Below, piece after piece: positions 28,636 through 42,434 of a stretch of 64,000 nt of DNA (positions within the stretch are counted from its first letter, which is position 1; each line of letters opens with the position of its first letter). This stretch comes from the human T2T-CHM13v2.0 reference genome, Homo sapiens. The notes below the pieces were generated by a model. That model was not told where the DNA came from. It did not search any database and saw only the letters and a program-made list of their open reading frames with translations. Position numbers and translations under genes: made by a program. The stretch is from the NCBI RefSeq assembly GCF_009914755.1, contig NC_060931.1; one strand, written 5' to 3'.

Positions 28636-30529
28636 TTATGGCATCAATCCTTACGAAGTGTATAAAACCTCTTACCCCTTCCCATTGAGGGCAGTCTCAG
28701 CTTCCTCTCTCAAACACCTGGCTGGTGGATTTTTAGGGGGGCATTTCTTGGAGCAAAGGAAGCTGTTAATCCTTTCCTGGGGAACCATTCTTTTCAAGTG
28801 AGGGCAGAGAAGGAGAAAAATACCTTTGGGGTGTTTCTCTCCCCACCCCCAACCCCGTCCAGTTTCCTGCAGCAGTTAGAACAGAAATTAGTCTCTCAGA
28901 AGATTATCCTGCCACATTGACTTAAATGTGATGCATAGTATGACCTGTAGGATAACAGTGGAAAACCCTAATCAGTTACTTAAACCTGCCACAGACTAAT
29001 TTTTAGAAGTCTCAGAGGTGGGTGTGCATATTAAAAGAGACCAGGTCCTTTCTGTAGAACCCTGAGCAAATGTGTATTGATTAACTTAATTAAAGGAAGA
29101 TTATGACTTGTGCACTGCACTGTGTGTTATCTTACTGTATGGTTTAAGGGATCTTTAAAGCATATGTGCTAATGGCCTTCTCTTTTAAACCAGCGTGAAT
29201 CTGAGGTTATTTCATTAATGTGGTAAGCAAATGATTGCCAAGAACACAGAAGGTAAAAAGCATTTTCTTCTGTAAATAAATTATAATACTTTAAGCTGTT
29301 TTTTAGTAATAGTTTTATATGGAGTTTGGTTCAAAGAGATCCTTTTTATTTTTCAAATATTAACGAAAGGAGTTCTTTACCTTTTATTTATTCTTCTCAT
29401 CTTACCTCTTGGCTTGAGCTAGGGTCATAGAACCATGAAGATTTGGCTGGGCCATTTATTTGCAAAACCTCCAATGTCAGTATGTTTAGGTCTTTTGTCT
29501 TAGACCAGACTCCACAGAGAATGATTCTCTAATCTGCCTTCTGGAGATTGAAGGTCTGGCTGTCAATATGCAGGAAACCAAATGAGAAGAGGGTAGAAGA
29601 GAGGTGGGAATTTTTGGCATCCAGTATATGTGAATTCACTTAATATTTCTGTTTTCTTCCACCCTTGATCGTTCATGCAATCTGCCAGTCCAGAGACCCT
29701 CTATTTTATTCCTTCCAGAAAATAAGCCTTCAGGTTTTTGCTAGGGTGAAGAGACAGTTGTCCAGTGAGGGCCTGAGGGATCTAGAGATCTGACTACTTC
29801 TTAAATAGACTTTCAAGTAATTCTTTTATGAACCACTCCCTCCCTTTTGCCCCCACGTCCAGATGTACCTGGGGCTGTCGGGAATTCAAAATAGAGATTA
29901 GGTTGTTTCTCAGCCTTCCCTCCTATTCACACAGGATTCCATTTTCTTGAGTCTATTAGAGGAACTGACCTCTCTAATCTGACTTCCAGCTTCCAAAATT
30001 ACATTGCTTTTGTTTTCTCCCTTCTGTTCTCCTTACCCTTGTAGGTTGATGTCTTGGGAAAAAATAATCTCTTTATCATCATTTCAATGGGGTTTCAAGA
30101 GGGAGGGAGAATAAATGTGTATTTTGTATCTGCTTTCTTTACCTAGAAGTAAATTCTCCCCTCGATAACATCTCTCCTTCCTGCTCCCTGTGCCCTGACT
30201 TAAAAGACCCTGCCCTGCCTCTCCCAGCAGGCACCTGGAGGAATATGGAACACCCGCCCCCGCCCTTCTTTTCTTCATATGCATGCACTGCACGTCCAGC
30301 CTTTCTAGTTACCCTCCCTGAAGGCCCAACTGAGAGTGTAACTTGTCTAGAAAGCCATTCTAGAGCACTCAGGGTCATGATGAACGGCACTCATATATAC
30401 CTCCTGTGGGCAGCTGAATTCCTGTGTATGCATCTTTTCTGTCCTCTTCAAGAAGACTCAAACTAGATCAACCAGATTGCATTTGCTCTCATGCCAATGC
30501 CTTGCCTGATAATTCTTGAAATACATTGC

Positions 30530-30750
30530 AACGTGGTATAATAGAAAGAGCAGGCCTTGGGGTAGGACCAGCCTGGGGGCAGCTCTGGGCTCCTCCACTT
30601 ACTAGTTGTGTTCTCTTGGGCAAAGAACTTAGCCTTTCTGTAGCTCCCTGTCTTCATCTGTAAAATGAGGCATGTGAGGACTAAATGAGATGAAGTCTTG
30701 TCCCTGCTTAGCATAATCCCTGGCATGGAGGAGGTATTTAATAAAAATTA
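30530..30750 (+). mobile_element. MIR, flanked by L2 fragments
   Basis: gtggtataatagaaagagcaggccttggg...tcttcatctgtaaaatgagg. Confidence 0.7.
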
Positions 30751-32224
30751 GTCTCCTGCCCTTTCTATCCACACATCTCCATAGCATAGTGCATTCCTTG
30801 TAGTAGGTGCTCAAGAAATATTCACTAAATGATTGTTCTGGAAAAAGAATTTGGTAGAAGTTCTTCATTAGACTTACTCTATTTGTATCCAGCTGTACCA
30901 CATCAACTATGGCAGGAAAGTAGAATCCCTTCTCTAAACTGGAATCATGTGGCAGGAAGTTCTTATCACTTAAGGGGCACGAGGGAACAGAAACACAGTG
31001 TTCAATAAAACTGAAAGGGCCTCAGTCTCAGTGTTGGCTTCACCAAAGCCAACCTGAGGCTTTCAGCTGTGCCTTCTCTTTCCAATTATAAGTGAGTACT
31101 GTGTTAGCTAACTCCCAGTTCAATCCACAGCTTGCCACTTGGGATCTGGAAGCTAGCTGATTTTTTGATCCAAGGTGCTCTGCTAGGTAGGGTTGCCAGT
31201 TGTAATTATATGTTCAAATGTCAATTAGCAGAACATCCTATTATTTGGCAGTTTGGAGTAATGAGATGGATCTTGCGCTAATCTTTCAATTCAGCAAGTG
31301 TTTGATAAGTACTTTATAAGTAAAATTCTATACTGTGCTATATCTAGTGAAGGTTGCAGGAAGAGCTGGAGGTAAAAGATTGTTAAGTGTGCATCCCTTT
31401 ATGAGCTCATGAATTTTCAAATATCTTAAGCAATAAAGAAAAAGGCAGCAGGTTTTCCATTAAAAACATTTTTTTCTCACACACATCTCCCTACCTCCAT
31501 TTGTACTCAAGTGACAAAAATTTTTAAAATAGTTACCTCATGGAACAGATATCATGGAAATCCATTTAGTGGAAAATTCTTCCTGAGTATGATTTTACTA
31601 GACTCCGTGCTTGATTCTGGGGAAAACTTGAGTGAGACAGATGGTTGCCCTCCAAAGATTTCTAGTTGCCTTTGATATTTGACTTTTTCTTCTCTACCAG
31701 AGCTGTCTGTGCAAATTTTTCTCAGTGCTACATCCAGCTTTTTGCATAATTGGTTTTCATTAAACTCTTGAGTTGTATTTTCTTTTTACACAGTTGATTA
31801 TTGTGGCTCATCTAAAGAGGGTCATTTTATGAAATGTCTGTACTCCTTCTTGACCTCTGTTTCCTGTGAGTACAAATCTCAGTAGAACAGAGAAAGAAGA
31901 CACAAGACCTCGCTTAGAGAGTTGAGGGTAGGTGGCAAGGTTGTTTTGTTTACCACTCATGGCCTATAGCCTGGTAGAGAACACAGACTCAGCCCTTCTC
32001 TAGACTTGCCTTCTCAAACTCTTTCACACTTGACCTCTTTCGCCATTCTTCAAGATAGAGTGGGTATTCGGTTTTTCATAAGCTCTGTCATTTTTGTTTT
32101 CCCTCTTTCTGCATTTATTTCCTAGCCATGGTAAATTTGGGATGTTGTGAAGATCAAGTCTCAGTTCACTCTCCATCCACTTACTTGAGAATAGAGGTAC
32201 TCGGTAGTCGTACTCACATTCGCT

Positions 32225-32636
32225 GTGCTCCAGGGAGCTAGTTGTCAAATTTTCTGAAATTTTGTGAGCTGGTTGTTAAATACAGCCATTATTAAAAAGC
32301 AAATTCTGTAATATGACAAAGGTAATAAATACCAAGACTCATCACTTCTTAATTATTTTTTAACATTTCAGGATTATCTATGTTCTTCAGGGTATCTGCA
32401 TGCATCTATTGTTGCTGATAGCAGAGTTATTATACCTTATTACTGTTTGTGTTGCTTTTCATCTCTTCCCAACTCTGAGTTCAGCAACATTTTTAAGTTC
32501 AGTGACATCTCGGTGGTAGCTTGAAACCAGCCACACAACCAAAAAAATCACCACAAAAACCACCAAACACCACAAACCAGGACCCCTCCATTTCCCTGGA
32601 GAGCTGCTTGTCAAAACATTTACCAGCACACCGCTA
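32225..32636 (+). mobile_element. MER63-like hAT-Blackjack element
   Basis: gagctggttgttaaatacagccattattaaaa...aaacatttaccagcacaccgct. Confidence 0.72.
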
Positions 32637-32934
32637 GTCATGCTCTTCTTCTGTTCCTGCCAGTCATGAGTGATTGTGAGCCACACCAATTACCATTCAT
32701 CTTAAAGATGGCAAAAGTCTTCCTCCAAGGTGGTTACACCAACCTTACACGTTTTCCCCCCACAGCCTTATGAACACCCAGCCCAGATTTTTACTCTGGA
32801 TCCATGGTTACTCCTAGGCTGCCTCTCCCTCCATCTTTCTCATCCCCAATGATTCAGTCATTAATTTCTCTCTTTCTCCCTCTGTTTCCACTTCCCATCC
32901 TCTTCTCCTTCCTCCTGCTTCACATTCTTCCTCT

Positions 32935-33185
32935 ACCAGTGGTTAAGAGCAAGGGCTCTGGAGACAGACTGACTGGCTTTGAATCTGGGCTTCATGATCT
33001 ACTGGTTATGTTACCTTGGGGTTGTTACTGAACTTTTTGTGCCTCAGTTTTATTATCTGTAAAGTGGAGATAATAACAGTATCCACCTAGCATAGTTATG
33101 AGGACCAAATGAGTTAATAATTTTAAAAGCACCTACAATAATGGGTGGCTTATAGTAAGCAATATGTACATATTTACTTAATAAA
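32935..33185 (+). mobile_element. MIR
   Basis: cagtggttaagagcaagggctctggagacagac...gtgcctcagttttattatctgtaaagtggagataataacagt. Confidence 0.8.
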
Positions 33186-34266
33186 ATAAACACTTATATT
33201 TGTCATCCAGCCCTTCCTTATGTGCTAATGTTCAAGGCCAGAAGGAGAACAGCAACAGAACACATGAGAATAAAAGAAGAGGCAAAATGGCCTGGGGTTG
33301 TATCACAGCAATGGTGTGACAGTTCTCGGGAACTAGGAAAAGAGTCAATGAAAGGAACTGGAGGAAAGGTGGGGATCAGGAAGGGAGACAAATAAGAAGA
33401 AAATTACATTTCAAAATAATCTGCAAAGATTAAAATATATATAATATTAGCTTTTAGTATTTTATTTCAAATATAAACCCCAGGAAAATAAAGGGATATT
33501 TTTTATAAATGCATAGAAAGTTCCCATTTTGATGTTAGCAGTTAATTCAATTTTGGTCTTCATCCAAGGCAGAAATGTGGTAGCCACATATTTAAGGTAC
33601 TTAGGCTAAATCAACTGTGTATTGAACAAGAGCCATGGGGACAGAGTGAGAGATGTGTGTCCATATCTATCAAAAACGCAAGCCGGGAGCTGAAGTACTC
33701 ATTTGTCTGACCATCTGGAAATCTCTAGTGGTCTAGGCACTTAATTTTACCCTCATTGCTAGAACAAAAGGGAAACAATAAAAGAAGAAAATGGGCAGCA
33801 GGGACATTTTACTTTTCATTTAAAAAAAATCTTAGTGATAAAAGGAGCAGAGAGTTTAAAAGAAAAAAATGAGAAACCATTAAAATGATTTGAATGCTCT
33901 GTCTATATTTTGCGGTGAGCTCTATTGTTTTCAGTTACATGGGAACTGTGGTAATTTTATGAATCATTAGAATGTGTTTCCAAATTATAACTGCATGTTC
34001 TTAAAATCCCTCCTAAGTAACCCACAGTAAGAGGCTGTTGAACAATTTCATTTAACACTTTTGGATCTCATATTAATTTTATATTTTAAGAAATGCATAC
34101 TTAATAGCCTAAAGATAAAATCATGATAACCGAGTCTTTGTATGTTTTCTTTCCTCTGCTTTTTAAAACATATGACCCTATCTCTGTTCTCCTCCGCAGT
34201 CTAGTGACAGACTTGAGAAAATAGAAAGCCTGGTTTGGTAGAATGACTTTTCAGTTAAAAGCAAAA

Positions 34267-34495
34267 GCTCAGTTGGGCACAGTGGCTCACGCCTATGATC
34301 CCAGCATTTTGGAGGGCCCAGGTATGAGGATTATTTGAGGCAGGAGTTTGAGATCAGCCTGGGCAACATAGTGAGACCCCATCTCTACAAAAAAATTTAG
34401 CCAGTTGTGGTGGTGTGCACCTGATTGTACTACTGCACTCTGGCCTAGGTGGCAGAGTCAGACCCTGTCTCTAAAAGTAAATAAATACAAATAAA
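34267..34495 (+). mobile_element. AluJ with a large right-arm deletion
   Basis: gtgcacctg|attgtactactgcactc junction; TSD aaaagcaaaagctc / aaaagcaaaagttc. Confidence 0.85.
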
Positions 34496-37462
34496 AGCAA
34501 AAGTTCCTCTGCCTCACCCCAAGTTGAAAACAATCACAACGGTCAAACGTTGTTTTTCGGCATATGTCTCATCAGGCATAGTCATCTGTGAAATGTGTAC
34601 TCTGTTAATGATACCTCACACCTCCCTCCTAGAGGATGGTTCACAAAAGCCTGTTCACTTACCTGGGGCAGCCAGTCCAGCATGTGATCCTCAGAAAATG
34701 GGGAAAGTGACGTCAAAGTAGTGGGTAGTGTGGATGTGTGTGAGGCAGGGTAAGTGTGAAGATGTTAAGTTTATTTTCTTAGAAGAGGCTGTCCTTTTTG
34801 CTGATGTTATTTTCCTCCTGTTTTTGGTGTTAAAACGTCGCCATTATTTTATGAAAACAGTGGTAATATAGATAATCTCCCTTTGCTTTGTTTTGTTTTA
34901 AACATTCTAACTTGATAAAATGAAAAATTGGAGCTATATTCGTCCATATTTTTTTCCTGGTTGGTGAAATCTGAAAGTTTGAAAACTATCGTACATTCTA
35001 AGTGTTGGTTGTCTCCTTCCCAGGGTGTAGGTGTTTCCTGTGTGAAGAGATTGTCTCAAAGGGAAACTTAGCAAAGCTTTGATATTCTGATTTTTAACCA
35101 CTAACTGTTCTTGGACTTGGGAGAAAAGCTGCTTCCCTGGGCAGTACATGGGTGGTACTGTTACTGTTCCTTTCATATAAACTTGGGCAGGATGCCACTG
35201 AGTTTAGTTAATCAGAATGCATTCTAGTGATTTCCAGTATCATATTGGCCTATCTCTTGACAAATTATGTGCTTTGATAACTAAAATCTAGGAAATATGA
35301 CTCATCTCCTAAACTCAGGGAGACAGTTATGTTAAAGCCTAAGGTTACTTTATGGTGGGAAGGCTGGAGATATCACCATGGTTCATAAAGAATATCATAA
35401 CCCTTGCAAATGAAGAAAAGGAGAGCAACTTGTTCAATATCTCAAAGTCAATGTTAAAATTATGTTTGGAGCCCAGGTCTCCTGTTGGCTAGCTATTTGA
35501 TTTTTGCCCAGTGGTGCATTTTGTTTTGCTCTGCATGGAAAAGTCATATAAAGCAGTTAAATTTATTTTTGGAATGAGCTAGAATGCTGGGTTCGCAACA
35601 ACCAGTTTTGTTAAAAACAAGAACTGCTTTGAAAGTTCATTAGTTCTTCTCAAGTGTTATTGTCCCTCCCAGTAGGAGGCATATCCAAGTTGAATCTCCA
35701 CTCCTGAACAAATTTTCCCTTGTGTGTGTACACTGGCACACTTGCTTGCACACTCTCTCCCTCAAACAGTTCCATATGTTCTATTTTACTGGAAGCCAAG
35801 CTCCCTGCCATTCTCCCCCTTAGAGGGCTCCAGATCTCACCTCTGAGGTGCACGCGTAACTGAGGCTGAAACAATTTGTAGGGAAACTTGTCAGCAAAAT
35901 TGATTATTATGTGGTGTGAACCACCAAAGACAGGTGAGCCTGCACATAGCGGAACAAATGTATATGTAGTATGCATCTCCCACTGCATCTAACCAGACTT
36001 CCTCCTCTGACATGTTGATTGATACATTTGTATCTCTTTCCTAATGAATCATGCCCCATTGTGGGTTATTGGAGCCTCCTGCTGAATAGACCTCACCTTT
36101 GCTAGCAAAAGGAATAGTAAAGGTTCTCCTCTGTGAATTTTGGGGGCTGTTTATTGGCTCTAAAGGAGTGGCTGAGGACATGTAATCTTTAAAAGGACAA
36201 AATAATCACATAAAATGTCTAAATAACATTGCTACATCAAGAGGAGCTTCTGTAACTACAGATGCTTTGCGACATGACAAACTAGTTGGTGTGGAATGCG
36301 AATCTGAGATACATGAAGAAATGAAAGCATTTCAGACCACCTCTGGTGGCAGCTTGATATTCTGGAGTTCTTTGAAAACTTTTTTCTAGTGTTATACTTG
36401 TTCCTTGAAATGGCTTTAAGTGTGAGACTTGTGATAAAATAGGGATGATAATGACTGCTCTAGTTTCTCACAGTCTGTTTGGGTATTGATTGAGATATTT
36501 GCAAGTACTCTGAGTTCTGAGGAAGAAGGGTGTTAGGAAATGCTATGGTGTTGTTTTTAGCAGGCGTGGAAACCTATGCTAAAATAATTTCAGAAAGATA
36601 AGTTTGAAGACAGGTTGGATTATTGGCCTGTACCTGTATGACAATCGTATGTCCTTCTGGTCTATCCTTTTGTCTTAGGTATCAGTTCTGAGTGAATTTA
36701 GAGGGCAGGGTTTGAGGAATGTTGAAAGAGAGAAGAGATCTCGCTGGCCTAAAACTGCCCACGAACTGTCTCTTGGCTGCTGGCATTGGAGTGGCCTGTG
36801 CTTCCCGAGGCTGGTCACATAGAATGGTCTACTGATGATCAGGAGGGTCCAGTCTTCACTTCCTGTCCTGACACCATCCTATCCACTTGCTGAGTTACTT
36901 CACACCTTTTTTTCACTGAAGAATGTCTCCAATGACAGTCTTTCTTCCTGTACCACACACTACCTTCACAGCTTCCTGTAAACCTAGCTTTGGCCTCACT
37001 AGTCCCACCATTGAAACTGTCATCTGAGGAAGGTCACAATAACCTTCTTCCACAAGCAGTCTTCATTCATGTCTACCATGATACACCTGGCATCATGGAC
37101 TACCTGAAAAGATTGAAGTTACTGCTTTTTGTTTTTACTGGAAACAACAAAAAATAGTGGTTAAGATACGGGCTCTGGATTCAGTCTGCCTGAGTTTCAG
37201 TCATAACAGTATAAACTGTTTTGCTGTTGTATTCGAGAGCATAGCATAGTAGCAGTGCCTGGCACATAGTAGGTGATCAATAAATATTGGATGGATTCAC
37301 AGATAGGTAGGTAGGCATATCTGTTTGCTATAAGCTCATCTATATTTGTGGCTTTTCATGTCTTTTAACTTTTATATGGCTTCTTGCTATTAATATTTTT
37401 CCTTTAGTAAGTTACATTTAAAAAATTAACTCATATTGCTTAGGTTAAGGAAAAGAATGAAG

Positions 37463-37464
<2 letters not shown>

Positions 37465-37498
<34 letters not shown>
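37465..37498. repeat. (GT)17 microsatellite
   Basis: Direct reading. Confidence 0.95.
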
Positions 37499-37501
<3 letters not shown>

Positions 37502-39905
37502 CTGTAGAGCAGGGAATCATATTGGGCCCTTTGAGCAGGAAAATAATATTTGGAAATATACAACTGGGAAATAAAATTTCAGGGGACATCATTACCTCGA
37601 GTGAGTCTTCCCAGGTTGTTCTTTCTTCATTGGAGGATGTGAGTAGGTGGTTTCTTTCTTAAAGGCCAAATGTCCATACATGATCCAAGGAACTCTTATG
37701 TTTCTTAGCTTAGCTTTTATCACGCTTACTCATCGTCTTCTTCTTCTTCCTTCATTTTTCTTCTTCTTTCTTTTTTTGATCTATGTTCTACTTCTTTTTT
37801 TCTCTGTTGGATCTTCTTTTTTCTCATGGTACCACAGTGCAAGCCACCCTAGACTACTGCCAGGGCTTTAGTCAGATGCCTTACTGTGAACTCTTACTTC
37901 TCCAGGCCACCCCAGTGTGTCTGCCAAGTCTTCATCGAGTACCATTTTCCCGGGGAGGGGGCACAGTATAGGGTGGTAAAGAGAAAATCAAATTGGGACT
38001 CAAAAGGCCTAGATTCTTCTTTTTCCTTTCAAATCTCATTTCTTTCTTTCTTTTTTGTTTTGTTTTGTTTTGTTTTTCTGGCTGTTTTTAAGATTTTTCT
38101 ACTTATCGATGATTTTCAGCAATTCGATTATTTGTGACTTTCTATAGTTTTTGTTATCTTCCATTTGAGATTTATTGAGCTGCTTGAATCTGTGGGCTTA
38201 TACTTCAAATCAAATTTGGAAAATTTCCAGCCACTATATCTTTTTATATTTTCTCTGCACCCCCCACCCCCAGTTGTGTGTATATTAAGCTGCCTGATAT
38301 TGTTTCGCAGTTCGCTGACTCTCCTATTTTTTTTTTAATCATTTTTTCTGTCTGTGTTTTATTTGGAATAGTTTCTATTGCTGTGTCTTCCATTCCTGTT
38401 TCTGCCGTGTTTATATTTTCCATTCTGTTTTTAGACATAGGACCCTATTCCTAATAGCTGTTTTAACCTCCTTGTCTATTATCTGTGTCATCCCTGGGTC
38501 TGTTTCTCTTAACTGATTTTACTTCTCCTCATATATTTTCCAACTTATTTCCATATGCCTGGTAATGTTTTTATTGGATGCTAGACATGCGAGGTTTTTT
38601 TTACATTGTTAAGTGCTGGATGTTGTTATAGTTCTTTAAATATTGTTGAACTTTGGGAACACATTTAAGCTATTTAGAATTATTTTCATCATGTCAACCT
38701 TGCTTCTAGGCTTTATCAGACAGGTCCAGAGTAGCTTTTACTCTAAGGCTAATTTGGCCCCGCTACTGAGACAATATTGTTTTGAACACTACCTGACACC
38801 CTATCTATTAGGAGGTTCTTCCACTGTAGCTAGTGGGAACATGGACCATTCATTGCCCTGTGTGAACTCTGGGATTATTCTGCCTGCTCCATTGAGGTAG
38901 TCCTCTCTGGCCTCAGTAGTGTCCTTCACACAGAACAGTACTTGGCCGAAGGTTCTACACGGAAGATCTACACAGATCTTGTGCTCACACATGCTCCCGT
39001 TTGCACACATGTGCTCTCTTTCTCTCCCCACCCTCCTCTCTCTTTGCGAAGCTCCCCACTCTTCAGTATTTTGCCACAGTAGACTGTAGCTGCCTTGGTC
39101 TTCCAAAACTCCAAATTCTGTCTCCTCAACCTAAGAAGACTGCCAGGCTCTGTCCAGGTCCCTTCTTCCTGCATCATGGCCCAGAAACTCTTCAGCTGGG
39201 GCACTCAGAGGGCTCACGTCATTTGTTTTTCATCTCTGGTGTCTGAAACTACTGTTTCCTATATTTTGTCTGGTTTTCTAATTGCTTAAGGCACGATTTC
39301 AAGCTATTTTATACTGAAATACTTTAATTTTACTTCCCTGCAGAGCAAGAGCATTTTCTTCATTATCATTAATGCATTATCAAGATAGCATTATCACTAT
39401 CACAATTAGAAAAAGTTTCTAATATCTCCATATTTCTAATATGTAGTCAATTTTGCATTTTCCCAGATGCATTGTCCCAGAAATGTCCTTTTCAGCTGGT
39501 TTGTTCAAACTAGGATTCCATCTAGGACCATAATTGTTATGTGGCTTAAGTCTCTTTAATCCCTAACAGTCACATTTTTCATGACAGTGATACAGTGAAC
39601 GGAACCAGCCAGCCATGCTGTGGCATGTTCCATCTTCTGTATTTGTCTGATTGCTTCCTCTATTTCCTGTTACTAGAAGTTAGGTCTGAAAGCTTGATTA
39701 GATTGAAGTTAAATGTTTTTAGTGAGAATATATCATAGATGGTGTTATATTCATATTCTATCTCATCCATAGACCTGTAAGAGCTGGCTTCCTTACATTA
39801 ATTAGGCCAAGCTCGACCCCTGGATGAGGCTTGTGACCTTCTAATCCCTCCATTGTGTAGTTTGATTTTTGTTGTGGGGAAGTAATTGATGTTCTATAAC
39901 ATTGA

Positions 39906-40266
<361 letters not shown>

Positions 40267-40344
40267 CAATTTTCATTTTGTCTTAGTACCAATGGATAAC
40301 CTTTACTTGAATCAGTTGTTTTATTAGGGGCCACAAAATGGTTA

Positions 40345-40635
40345 TTTTTTATTTATTTTTTTGAGACAGAGTGTCGCTCTGTCGCCAGGCTTGAGTATTG
40401 GTGCAATCATAGCTTACCTGGGACACCTGGACTCAAGCGATTCTCCCACATCAGCCTCCAGAGTAGCAGGGGTTACAGGTACACACAACCACATCCAGCT
40501 AATTTTTCTGTTTTTTGTAGAGACAGGGTCTTGCCATGTTGCCTAGGCTGGTCTCAAACTCCTGGGCTCAAGCAACTCTCCGTGTCGGCCTCCCTAAGTG
40601 CTGGGATTATGGGTATGAGCCACCACATCCTGCCT
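40345..40635 (-). mobile_element. AluJ
   Basis: atcatagctta, ctcctgggctcaagcaa. Confidence 0.85.
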
Positions 40636-42434
40636 TATTTTGTAATTATGTTATTTTTTCTACATTTATTAGCTGGTATTCTTCCTTAAAATAGGACTTT
40701 TTGAATTTGGTAATGCTGAAATATAATTCCTACTTGAAAGATAGCACAAATGCATAATTTTTTATTTACCAAATTTCAAAGACAATTTTGTTTTAATAGC
40801 CACCTTAAATGGTGACAAATGAGTTTTGTCTGACTTTCTCTCTTCATTGATTTTTCATATTTTTCATTACGTGTAATTACCTGTAATAATTTATTCTTTC
40901 TGATGTGCTAATCATCAGCTTTGGCCAGAGGGACTCACAGAGCTGGATTCTAGATTTTGAAGTATCATAGACTATCTATATATTTAATATCTTTGACACG
41001 CCCTTTAATATTTGTTATGGTTCTTTTTTAAGCCAGAGAATTAGACTAGATAATAAGGTTTGTTTTCAGCTCTAGAATTAGGATCCTGAGCTCTGCTACC
41101 AAATACACTGCCCTGCTTCTGTCCAGCTGCAGAAAACCCTCAGCCTGTCTGTCTTTCAGGCCTTCCACAAGCTGGCACCCCCATCCATTCAACCCTTTCT
41201 CGATTCCTTGACAGAAATTCCCTTCTCCAGCCACACTTGTCTCCTAACTGCTACACATGACCAGCTCATCCTTCATCCCCAGCCTTCACTTACACCTTTT
41301 CCCTTGCCTGAATACCTTGCCTCTGCCTCTCTAAGTATCCAAACCTCCCCGTCCTCCAGATCCCAGTTCAGGCTCCCCCACCTTTTTATTCCTGTTCCCT
41401 TACCTTGTCTTTTATACTCACTTCCCTCTTCTCTTGGACTATCACTGTTTCCTGTTCTAATTGATGTTTTCCCAAGTAGATTACCATCACCCCTGAAAAG
41501 AAAAGCCCATGCTTTTTACCAAGAACATTGCTAGGCCAGTATCTGCTAATGTCATTGTTATATTTCTATATCTTCTCTAACATGTAGCATCTTCTATTTA
41601 GCTGAATAACAGCCTTAAGGTGCTTTTGAAGTGTGCATGGGTATGTGTTGGGAAAGGAGGGTGTTGGGGATATTTCTTATAAATGCTAATGCTTTCCTAT
41701 TCATTGATCTATTTCTACCCATATGTAATGAGTTCCATTACATATCAAGAGGTATTGACAACTTAGCCGTAGAGTTGCATTGATTCAAAATACGTAAGTC
41801 AACAATTACTACCTTATTATGTAATATTAGCTAGGGAAAGAAAGATGGCCCCTGGGATCATATGGTCTAATTAAGCACAACTGTTGTAGACTTTTTCTCC
41901 CTTTCCTGCTGTTATGTTTTGTTTTGTTTTGTTTTGTTGTGGATATGAAATCACAAACCCCCAAATAAGCCTCATAAAGAGACAGCTGTGCTTATAAGAT
42001 TATGTTCGTCACAGATTTTATTCAACGATAATTTATTTCTACCCAAAATGTTAAAAATATATATTATTGATAATTTACATCATATACATTTTCCATGTTT
42101 TTATTGGCAAATAAGTTTAACAGTAGCTTATGTGAATTCTAAAGGCATATAGTTTTTTTGATTGTCTAAAATTTGACCTCATATTTTTTCTTTAAGCCTG
42201 TTTGTAAATTCTGCCTAACTCTTTAGCCTGACAAACAGAGCTTCAGAGTTTGTTTGTTATATAAGTATATTCATCTTTTCTGAACAGTGAAACTTTTTGA
42301 AATTATCTTCTGTACTTGAAGTGGATCATCTAGTGATTAGTGACATCAGGTTGAATTAATTATTTATATTTTCTTGCTGGAAATGAGTGATATTCCAAAT
42401 GTTCAAGTACTCTGTGTGTGTATGTATGTATGTC

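Noticed and set aside
29193-29221. Possible micro-exon (ttctcttttaaaccag|...gtg|gtaagc)
   Set aside because: It is 29 nt, frame-shifting, not recognised as EXOC4 coding sequence, and such motif pairs are frequent by chance.
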